Source of the DNA: Paraphysomonas bandaiensis
Taxonomy: Eukaryota; Protista; Chrysophyceae
DNA: 64,000 nt
Direction: 5' to 3'
NCBI GenBank assembly: GCA_965644295.1
Contig: CBFFRP010000431.1
Coordinates: 1-64,000 of the forward strand
This document shows positions 1 through 9,917 of this stretch, piece after piece. The translations under genes were made by a program, and so were the position numbers. The notes below the pieces were generated by a model that searched no databases, was not told the origin of the DNA, and saw only the letters and a program-made list of their open reading frames with translations. Position 1 is the stretch's first letter. Each line of letters starts with the position of its first letter.

Positions 1-82
1 CTGTATACTCTGTACTGTATACCACTGTACTGTATACCACTGTACTCCTGTACAGTGTACTGCAGTACAGTGTACTACCGTA
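1..82. repeat. Low-complexity degenerate tandem repeat (TGTAC / TGTATACCAC units)
   Basis: ctgtatactctgtactgtataccactgtactgtataccactgtac... is directly visible; truncated by the window edge. Confidence 0.7.
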
Positions 83-479
83 CGCAGGATATCACAATCC
101 AAGTGCCTCCCTATATCCTAGCGTGCGCAAGGATACAGTGCAGAACAAGTCGTCACATGTGAGGATCAACTTCAACAATACCTAAACGTTTATAACGAAA
201 ACCCAAATATGCTCATCATTAAGGGAAAAATAAAATAACGCAGGTATATATAATATGTAATAATAATCAGGACATCGAATATACATAGACGCACAAGGTC
301 AACGGGCAAACCGCTTACACCAATTACGCTCCCATCTAAGTATTTCTAGTCAAATCATAGATATATATAGTATGTGATGAACATTTAATACATAGCACTC
401 AAATGCTAAATAAGTATAATATATATATAGCACATATCAATCACTTTTTAAAAATAGATATGACATCATACACTCCAAT

Positions 480-2000
480 CACAATCCGATGAAGTTTTCG
501 AAAACCAAATTTAGGGCTTTTAGAAAATAAAAATAAAATCCGCGAGATTCTTCTCAGCAATAATATATCTAGGAAATTGAAAAAAATAGAATCCCATTCG
601 CAAATAGATTGATGCCAACTAGCGATGTGCTTCTCATAATCGTCCATATGTATAATATAGCAGTAATATGCTTTGGTCTCCTATGAAACACAAATATAGT
701 TTCGGCCATCTCAATCGCTGGCGTGTTATCAATATAAAAGAAAACTCTAGGTTTATCACCTGAAACCTCTTTGACACGTTCTTGTATATAAGCGATAAAT
801 CTCTAAATATGTCTCACTCAATGATAGTAATTTCTTATGGCATCTTAGCTTAATACTCGGAATCCTTCGGTGAAAATAAACCGAAATCTTTTAATTCGGA
901 CTTTAACACAATCGTAGTCCATTCCGTTTCCCAATAGTCACTAATAACTGACACTGCTTCAGATTGTTTCATAAAAGAAATATGGAGATCTGTATAATTC
1001 ATTCAATACTCGAAAATGTTCATAATTGCACCCCAGTATTGCATGTCAGAGTTAGATAACAAACTAACAACTGAACATATAACAAATATTATCTATCTGG
1101 TTGCATACATACCATTTTAAACTCAATTTTCAATGTACTCATCTTAGAAACAATATTCTCCATTCATATAATCATTTCATCATCATTTCTCAAAGAAAAT
1201 GAAATAATAACTGTAGTACTCATATAATATACAGTAATATCCAGATCAGTACTCATAATAATATAATATAGTACTAATATATATATCCAGATCAACAGAA
1301 TAATAATACTTTTCCGTCTTCTACCAGATCACTAATAATCATTTACATAATATTATGTTTATCTCTCTCTGACGATGTATATATATGTTCCTTAAACACA
1401 ATTTTATCCTTGACCTCAACATTTGCATGGAATCTTTCATGCAGTAGAATAATGAAACATGATACAAGGTCAACAATAGGAACAACCCGGAATACATCAT
1501 CCATAATATTTGCAAAAACATCACCTCTATAGAATAGACATATATATACATAATCATCTGATAGTATCTGTATAACTCCTATAGATATCATATATATTGA
1601 ATAGTATATATGATGAAACGAAATCGATATCAACCAATTCATATATTTGCCTTCTTGCAGTAAGTAGTATTTATATATATATGGAGTCACATATATACAT
1701 ATATATCATATAGAACAATCTTATAAACAATATATCAGATTGTAAAGAGATCCTTACATATATAGGAACTTCAAGGTGGCATATGTATAATATATAATCC
1801 ATTGGTTTCATATATATACAGAGAGCAATTACAAATCATAGAAGGGTAGAATACATGTCCTCATGTAGTTTACTTTCCCTGAGTATATATCACCCTGATC
1901 ATTACTAATCTTGCTCAATGCTGGATTAACTTTGCCTTCCTTCTCATGCTCGTAATATAATCCGACAATTAGAATAAACGCACAGTCGGTCTTTATAAAT
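480..2000 (-). mobile_element. Highly degenerate Ty1/copia LTR-retrotransposon pol relic (RT + RNase H)
   Basis: Hand translation of the minus strand gives copia motifs in the correct order but broken frames: ARLV (~1910), LEVPIYVR (~1765), CLFY...MDD in the YVDD position (~1535-1500), MKQSEAVSV (~965), FYIDNTPAIEMA...FHRRPKHI (~735-667; cf. copia DNxxAIxxA..FHxRTKHI) and KNLADF (~545). No LTRs recognised. Confidence 0.65.
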
Positions 2001-2259
2001 CCGTAATCTTCCAGATTTATTGCTCAATCAAATCACTTTTGAATTCTCGTCAAAACCATCACCCATTGTGCTTATATCCCATGCACACATACATGTAACC
2101 AGTAACATTTAGGAAACTCATCAATCAACACCAAGAGTAAACAGAGCAACACTGGATTCGGAACATCTTTAATAACTCGAAAGGAAAATCAATCTCCTCT
2201 CTACGACAACTTTTCTCACTAGCTTCAATATTTATATCCTGAAATTGCTAATTGTCTGT

Positions 2260-2390
2260 GATCTATTATTCAACCGAGTCAAATTAGATGAAAAACCTAG
2301 TCACATAAACCTAGTCAAGTGGTTGAATAACCTCTAGTCATTTAATAATTCACATTCTCAGTTTACAATATGACTAGATTGGCTACCTGT
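2260..2390. repeat. Interspersed repeat with TGACTAGGTTT subunits (family D); further pieces at 2510-2535, 4929-4990 and 62153-62215
   Basis: The reverse complement of 2263-2303 aligns with 4933-4972 and 62172-62212 (tgactaggttt...ctaa..tga..ggttg.ataat). Confidence 0.55.
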
Positions 2391-2535
2391 TATAATTCAT
2401 GGGCATCGAACCCAACAATCTTAGGGAGGGGAATGATGTCATCAGGGGCATCCAAGAACCGACACTGATATTGAAGGATTTTTCTCTTTTATTCTGTCCT
2501 CTAACTTTGCTTTGACCTGGTTTATGCGAGTACTA

Positions 2536-4917
2536 GTAGTGAATGTCTGATTATTTAGCAATAGGCGTTGAGACCTTGCATCAATTAGTGGCTAGAAGAA
2601 TGCTAGTCATACTAGTTAGACCACTACCCGTAACTAATCAATACAAACTCTTTTATCCTACTATTTAACGCTACGAAAGCTGCTTGTGCGTCGCCGCAAG
2701 CACCAAGGTGCAACCACTTCCGTTCTTTTTGTGTGATATGAAATTCGCCTTTATCGTGTGTCCGTGGACTCACCGGCGCTTTTGATCTGGGGGTCTCCCT
2801 TTGGGATGGGTCTCCATTGGTTTTGGAGGGGGCTCAGCATTCTGAATTAGGGTCCTGAGTGCACCTAGTTCCAGATGTGTGGGTTGAGAGTGGTGGGGAT
2901 TGTTGGGAGGAGGAGTTGGGTTTGTAGTATGTGTTACTGTGCTCCTGTGGGGCCGCGGGTGTAGATAGAGTTGTCGAAGCCGTCGGCGTTGTGGAGATCT
3001 GGGCAGTCCAGTGCTCTGTCGGGTAGGACCTGTGAGGTGTGCACGTGTGTCTGGAGTCGGATACGCTGTGGGGGGTCTTCGTTGGACCCCTAGTAGTCGA
3101 AGGACTCTCGGACGTTGTCTTGACTGACTGCGTTTCGGACGGGGTCTCGGGAGTAGCCTGGGCGGCCTTTTGGACATGGTGATATAGCGACAACCGCGAT
3201 CCTGTAACATAAGCTTCGCTGCAGTGTAAAGCGGTTGCAGGAGATTAATAACCACTGTTTCTAGGTTCCGTAGACTGTGAGCCGTCAGGTGGTTGTGTAT
3301 GTCATCTCCGAAGACCGTTTCCAGTTGGGCTGCTGTGATGGTTCCAGTCCAGTATCTCTCGACCTGTGGGATGGAGGGATTCCAGGCTCTGCTGGAGAGT
3401 CTCCGCAGTGCAGATGTGATCCAGTTGGGTAAGGTCTGAGTTCTCTGTATTTCGTGTAGCACATTTTTATGCGATTGAAATGCAGTTTCCCTTATTTGGG
3501 TGATGGATTCATGTGTGCAGTCGAGGCACATATGTTTTAGGGAATCTAGCCGAAACCCGCAGTCAGAGCATGCGGCTTTGGTCAGGTCAAGCCCCTGTTT
3601 GGTTTTGGCCCGGTTCCTCCCTATATGCAGAAAGATTTGTCCCATGTCAGTGCCGTGTTGAGAATTCTGTGGCGTAGATTTGAGCTGAGTTTGTCTTTGG
3701 ATGCACTGCCATCCGCTTGAGCTAGTTTGCGCGGGAGGTGTACTCCGCTATTGGTCCAGTAGCCAGGCGCTCGATCAGGATTGTGTCCGTAGCGTTGATC
3801 TCTGGTTGAAGTGTAGTTCTCAAGTGCCCTTAGGTCGCAGAGATCTTGGAAATCAGTAAGGAGTGGGCTAGAGTAGTATGGCCGTCTTGTACTGTGCAAA
3901 CGCCAGTGCCATAATCCAGCGGTTAGTAAGCGTTCAATGGCACTGTCAATCGCAATTGTACAGACAGTGTAGTTATTTTTTCCAAGGATGCGATCGACTT
4001 CATGCCAGTCTTCACCCGCGACTGCGTCCGCAATATAGATGCCCTTGTCCTCAAACGTCCACTCCGTTTCATCTGTGGTACGTCGTTCGGGATGGGACCT
4101 CACCCAGGTCACCTGTCGTTTGCAATCTCTACTGGCCGCGATGCTTTCGAGTAGTACCCCTTTTGCACGGTGACCGAGAGCTCTGCGTCTTGTGGAGAGT
4201 GCTTCCTCAGTACGGGTGCACACTGCCTGACAGTCTGTGTGGCTTCTTATGTGTTCGGGAATGCGTGTTGAGAGTATAAGCCCCATGGCTGTGCCTATGA
4301 GTTCATATGCGTATGAGTCCAAACCGGGCACATCACGAAAGGGTGTATCTAGTCGTAGTATTATGGTTGTACCATCTTCCCAGGCATTTTCTGGGGGTAA
4401 GTAGACGACCGCTGCACCTCCTCGGTGTGTCCATCGTGTTCGCGGATTGACATGAGTGAGGCGACGCGTGGAGAGCGCACTGGCTGTGTATGATCCATCT
4501 GTGAAGATTGCCTTGAAAGTATCTGGTTGTACGCTATTAAGGCCGAGTTCTTGTTTTAGGTTGGTCAGCAGGTGTTCATCCTGTGGTTCGGGGGGCTCAG
4601 GTTGCTGAAGGGTAAGGCCCAATTCCGTTCCCCATTCCCTGAGGCTGAGAACATAGTGGTGGTATTGGGGCTGTGGCTCTGTTGTCTGAGTGAGTAGAAA
4701 ATGTGCTGCTTGACCTGCTTCTCCCCCGAGGGTTATTGCGCGCTGTAGAGATCCCCATTTTTGCTCCTGCGCCGAGTCTGAGAAACGTTTCATACCTAAT
4801 CCGTTGTGCTTGAGTGAGAGGTATATCAGTTCCGTGGGGTATCCAGGGCCTAGACTGAGGGCCTTTCTGTAGAGGGTTGCGCAAGCAGCGTCAATTTCTC
4901 TGTACCAGTGTAGCGGC
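2536..4917 (-). mobile_element. 5'-truncated non-LTR retrotransposon (LINE) with RNase H and C-terminal zinc knuckle
   Basis: Post-RT segment YPTELIYLSLKHNGLG; RNase H motifs IFTDGS, YAYEL, HTDCQ, WVRSH, IADAVA; zinc knuckle CSDC..SLKHMCLDC. One frameshift near 3621-3645. The 11-bp direct repeat TGCGAGTACTA at 2525-2535 and 4918-4928 is the target-site duplication. The 3' end is ...GACATTCACTAC with no poly(A). Confidence 0.9.
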
Positions 4918-5273
4918 TGCGAGTACTATTAATGACTAGGTTTATAACTAAAATTGACAAGGTTGGATAATTTAATACTTTGACTAGGTATCTACACCAA
5001 AAATATTCCCCAATTGTTTCAACAGTCAGAATGGAATATTGTATTATTATCACTATGTTTGGTTTTAGAGTATGTTGTGACCGTAGAGTTGAAATTAACT
5101 AGCGATGAAATTAATTAGAAACCAGAATTTTCAAATATTACCACTTAATTAGTACTCAGAACTTTCAAATACTACCGCTAAAGAACAGCTAGATAGCAGC
5201 TAGTGTATGCGTACCTCTAACTACTGAGCAGGCTATTAACATGACTATGCATTTAAAAGCAGAAAGCCTATAG

Positions 5274-6404
5274 CTACTCAATTTCATCGTCCTCCTCGTC
5301 ACTACCATGCATCCATGTAACGGGCTCTATATTCGAGGCATCTAACGCTGGCGACAGTGCGGCAAAATGTGCCGTATTCCGCCCTAAACAACGCATCACT
5401 CTACACCAGGTTTCGTTCTGTCCTTCGAAGGAATCGTACTCCCGTCTGCTAGCGTCAGAATACAGGGACATACCATCATTGCTGGGTGCATTCGATGTTG
5501 ATTGTGTGGCATAAGATGCGGGTATAGGTTCAGTAAGAGCATGCTGAAGAACTTTATCAGGCTCACCAGTTACAGGTAACCAAGTTCCTTCGTCAATTTC
5601 TTTTTTTAATGCTCCTGCTTTCCACACACAACAACCAACAAAAAAATGAAAATTTTTGGCGTGTAGAGGCGACTTTTTAGCCTTCTTGATAGGCTTATCA
5701 AGGCTTAGACTTGCAAAGTATGGTTCCGAGCAATTGGTGATAGAAACACCTCCGCAGCTTGCATCCGAATGAATACACTGCAGGCGGCGAACATTACCAC
5801 CAAAAAACACAATGTTGTTTCCAAAAATATTAACCATTTCTTCGGGTAAATTTAAGATGCCTGATTGAACAGTGTGGTCCGTACGTTTGTTCAGGATAAT
5901 ACCGTATGAATATTTATCGGTATGCTCGAGAATGAGTACTACAGACCGCTGCATGGACCCGTGTATCATAGGGTGCGCACAGAGCATAACACCGTTGTAT
6001 ATTTCACTACTAAGACTTACATTAAAACGTTCCTCCTTTGGAATCTTTTTATTTGAACGACTATATGATGTTCTCTCGAATTGAGACCATATCGAGGAAA
6101 ATTTACGCAGCACAGCAAAACCAGCACCGATTCTATCTGCGTGTGAGACACTCGAATGCTTACGAAATTCTGATCGCACCAATGCCTTGAATTGGAGATC
6201 CATTCGGTCAGGATGAAAGAAAGCTCCTTTGTCAAGAATTTTGTCGAGAAGTGAAGAATAATATATTGTGGAAGGGCTCTTGAGCTTTTTTCCAGTTGAC
6301 ATTCTGAATATTAGAGATTTGGCAGGACGTTTCTTATCAAAACGGCCAGCTAGACGAATTAAGTCTCTGTACAATGCCTTAACAACTACACTCTTAGAAC
6401 TCAT
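5274..6404 (-). CDS. YqgE/AlgH (DUF179) family protein with an N-terminal LYR-like motif
   Basis: Intronless 376-aa ORF. MQRSVVLILEH...YGIILNK, VFFGGNV and FFVGCCVWKAGALKKEI..G.W match DUF179; the N-terminus reads LYRDLIR..F...VRSEFR. Confidence 0.8.
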   Translation of the reverse strand: MSSKSVVVKALYRDLIRLAGRFDKKRPAKSLIFRMSTGKKLKSPSTIYYSSLLDKILDKGAFFHPDRMDLQFKALVRSEFRKHSSVSHADRIGAGFAVLRKFSSIWSQFERTSYSRSNKKIPKEERFNVSLSSEIYNGVMLCAHPMIHGSMQRSVVLILEHTDKYSYGIILNKRTDHTVQSGILNLPEEMVNIFGNNIVFFGGNVRRLQCIHSDASCGGVSITNCSEPYFASLSLDKPIKKAKKSPLHAKNFHFFVGCCVWKAGALKKEIDEGTWLPVTGEPDKVLQHALTEPIPASYATQSTSNAPSNDGMSLYSDASRREYDSFEGQNETWCRVMRCLGRNTAHFAALSPALDASNIEPVTWMHGSDEEDDEIE

Positions 6405-6967
6405 TGTAGATTTTGCTAGTAAGATAGATATAAATTATGATAGAGGTATTGGGTGAAACTCAGCTATAGGAATTAACGTATGAATAAACAGGCCAGTAAT
6501 AAACTCCCACGGATATTTAAGGTTCCAATTGCATCACCGATCGAAAGTGCAGTAAATGAAATTGGCAAGCCTTGAAATGAGTATCAATACTTGAGCAATA
6601 TAGTGGAGAATTGACAATTTTACTGAAAGGAAAATAGTGTTTGTCGTCCATAATAAATGCACGGTCGAGGTGGGAGTAGACCCTACACACTCCTGTATAG
6701 GTACTGTAGGTATACAACAGATAGGCAACAGTGTTTTTGTGTACACATTTGGTAATATTTTATGTAGAAACCATTAATTTTTTCGTATTTCGATGTATAG
6801 AGTGCCAAAATGCTATTTTTGTGTCAAGACTAGTGCGAAAACCCATGATTTTTAGGTTTACCACTATTTTTAATATGGAATCTCTCGTTATTTCCACTCA
6901 CAGTGCAATAAGTGACCACACAAGTATACTTAACAAATGCATCCTATGAAGACATGTATATTATAGC

Positions 6968-8597
6968 ATGCCTCGTAGGGTATCTCTCACTATTCCTCTC
7001 CTCTTCATACTAACCTGTGTGACATACAGCCAAGGCTTCTTCTCACTCAGTAGTCATCATAACAGTAAGAAGAAAGCTCGCGTTCACTGGCTCTTTTTGC
7101 ATTATCACAAGACCGGAGCGTTACTCAGTGAGGCTATATCCAAATCAGTGTCCATTGAGAGATTTAAGTACAAAGAAGATAACAATAAACGCTCTGATTT
7201 GCATCCACGCACCGATGCTGATGTTATACTATCTCACGCAGGGAATCTTCTGTTTAATTGGACAGAAGTGTTGGTTACAGATGAATATGAATATCGAGTA
7301 GTTCATTTCGTTAGAGATCCTTATGATATGGTGCTATCGGGGTTATTGTATCACTCTCAACGACCAGCACCAGAAGGTATTACAAGCACATTTATGCAAC
7401 TAACTGGGTGATTACTGTTTGGTAGATTGGTTACATAGCTCTGCGTTGTCTCCATGTGATTCTGATCCTGTACACATATCAAGATTCATCACTGTTCTGT
7501 CCACATATCACTCGAACTATACCGTATATTCACTTCAAAACTACATAAACGATATTCAAACCCTCTGCCACACTTTATATAACAAGTACAGTGCTGGATA
7601 CGGCAGACCAACTTACCATAAGACGATTCTTGTGTTGCGCGCCAAACATCTTTTTTATGAAGCTCTTAGATTAGAGGCTTGCAGATGCATTTTATCGAAT
7701 TTTTTTGGTGCGGGTGGGGATTTGCTACGCATGGGGGCGAATGCTGTGCGTGAAGGGCAAACCCTATCCACATCAAGGGCACCAGTATCGAAGCGCTTCT
7801 TTCTCACTGATTTCCCGATAGGAAATCGAAAATTGTTTAAACGGTCTGCTGAACGAATGTTTAAATTTTTAATGGCTTCCACGTTGACTGGAAAAGAGTT
7901 TTGGAATGGAAAACTGACAGTAGATGAAGCTGTGACCATTGCTACGAGAGTCGGGTTTGTAGAAGAAATTAAGATAAAGTCTCAACTGAAAAACTCTGCA
8001 AGAATGCTCCAGATAGATAGCGTATCCAACAATCAGAGTTCAAGTATACATAGCAATCTAGTTGTCCAAAACAAGCTGTTTTTTGTGGATACTGTAAGGA
8101 GACTACTTAGAAAGAAAAGTGCGTATCTTCGTCAACGAAACAACGCGTTAACAGGCAACAAGCGAATGAAAGACATTCCTCGTCCGAAAGTTGTTAGATC
8201 CTCCGCTAGTCTCAAATCGGCTAGAAGCCCACCGAAAAATCCCGCCAAACAACAAATGAAACACCCACCGGAAAATCCCGCCAAACAACAAATGAAACAC
8301 CCGCCGGCAGATAAAAGCATGTATTCAAGGTTTAGACCTGGCGATTATGGTAAGGACAAGGGGCACATAGTGGAGACGGTTGTTAAGAACTCACCTGTTG
8401 GCATACTGTCAAAAGACGAAACCCTAAAGAAATCGAAAAGTAACCATTTCACTCAAGGTGACTGGCCCTCTGAGAAGAGACAGAAATTTATACGTATGTT
8501 AGCACAAGATGAGGTCCTTTCTCCTATTTTAGACCTTGTGAAACAGATTTTACTATACCCTTTGCCACATAAATCAACTTTAACTGATCAATCCTAG
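6968..8597 (+). CDS. Secreted or membrane-anchored sulfotransferase-like (P-loop) protein, 2 exons
   Basis: Signal-peptide-like N-terminus; HYHKTG (5'-PSB-like) and VHFVRDPYDMVLSG..YH (3'-PB-like). A GT-AG intron at ~7378-7426 joins the two ORFs in frame. Confidence 0.65.
8229..8300 (+). repeat. Coding 36-bp tandem repeat x2 (PP[K/E]NPAKQQMKH)
   Basis: Two adjacent copies differing at one base. Confidence 0.9.
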
Positions 8598-9211
8598 GAG
8601 GTAATAGCAATAGTCAGTGATTGGAGTGGGTATTCACACTCTGACTTCATTGGAGTAACTGGTTGGCTCGTTTGCTATATAGGAGCCTAGCAGTGTACGA
8701 AGTATTGTGGAGAGCTATCCACTGCATGATAGCAGTATACTAGAGTGTGTACCTTAATATGATGTAGAATATGTAATATGACACACCACAAATATACCAA
8801 TGAAAAATCTCGAAGTTTTTGTCACGTACATCTAATATCTAATTCTTGAAGTTTATTTGGTAAATTGTTCATAAATACAATGTCTTTCGGTATAATCTTA
8901 AAGTCTTGTATGTATATTATAGCAATTGAGAAGTTTGTTTTCTTAGATTTATGTCTTCTTTGTTGTCGTCAATTTTAAGCTTGTGGGATTGTTTTAATCG
9001 TTTTCTTGTTGCTTATTGTAGATAGATATTAATATATTTTGTAATTCTTTCGTATTAGTTGAAAACTACTTATGCTCATGTACATTATAATATATATATT
9101 TTTTTAATGATGTTGTATATTGGTTGTCAGGCACTGACAAGACACAAGTTGATAGTAAGTCATAGAGTTATTAAATTGTTTATTCAGAGGTTATCGGTGA
9201 TAATAATAGAT

Positions 9212-9255
9212 TATAGTAGTGAATGTCTAGTTTACTAGTTTATTAGCAATAGTTG
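9212..9255 (-). mobile_element. Isolated LINE 3'-terminus fragment
   Basis: tagtagtgaatgtct...tattagcaatag matches the LINE end at 2534-2565. Confidence 0.55.
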
Positions 9256-9917
9256 TTATAAATTAAAGAAAATTAATTACTTTGATCTTATTGATGTTGG
9301 GGGACGGAAAATGTACAGTCCGATATGTACAATGTGCAATTTACTGATGGTCGTAATAAGAAACGTTAGCGAAATGACAACACATATACAACAACGCGCG
9401 AATAGAAGAAAAAACATTTTTCGTCTTGTGGAAGCATTATCTAAAAACTTTAAAATCAATGTCAACGTAATGGGCTGCTATTTAATTTTGGAAATACAAC
9501 ATTATGTTAGTCAATGAATGAGATTATAGCATTGTTGTCACAAGTCTTATTTATCTCAACGACTAAGTTAATTTATGACTCCTAACAGAATACTTCTGCC
9601 CCCCCTATTGTAGCACATGTCGTACGGAAGCAATAATTTGACTTTCAAGTATTTATAACATGTATTTCACATCAACTTAAAATCTTGTTTCTTCAAGTAA
9701 CAATCATAACAAAAAACGAAATTAAACGAAGTCTAACATAGGACATCATAATGACGTTTATCTTCTGCTTTAATATTCATTATCGCTATGAGGTGATGTT
9801 ATAAGTTGTGCAGGAGATGTGCGCGTCCATCTTTGATATCGACTTCGCTCTTTGCAATTATCTCGCTCCTCTTTCCTACTAGACTATTGTTCCAAAAATA
9901 TCTATTACGTACAAATA

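Noticed and set aside
1-82. Telomeric repeat or CRISPR array
   Set aside because: Units are irregular with no constant repeat-spacer structure, and the context is eukaryotic.
441-1690. Short AT-rich ORFs as host genes or giant-virus remnants
   Set aside because: Better explained as broken frames of a copia pol relic, whose motifs appear in the right order.
2398-2425. tRNA T-arm/B-box-like GGTTCGATGCCC on the minus strand (similar at ~37938-37952)
   Set aside because: No cloverleaf, acceptor stem or A-box could be built around either site.
2670-2730. Tail motif as a hammerhead or HDV ribozyme, or an snRNA
   Set aside because: No CTGANGA/GAAA core with flanking stems, no HDV pseudoknot that I could fold, and no match to the U1/U2/U4/U6 sequences I know.
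3621-3645. Programmed frameshift between the two LINE ORFs
   Set aside because: No slippery heptamer is visible and the element is a truncated dead copy; a post-insertion indel is simpler.
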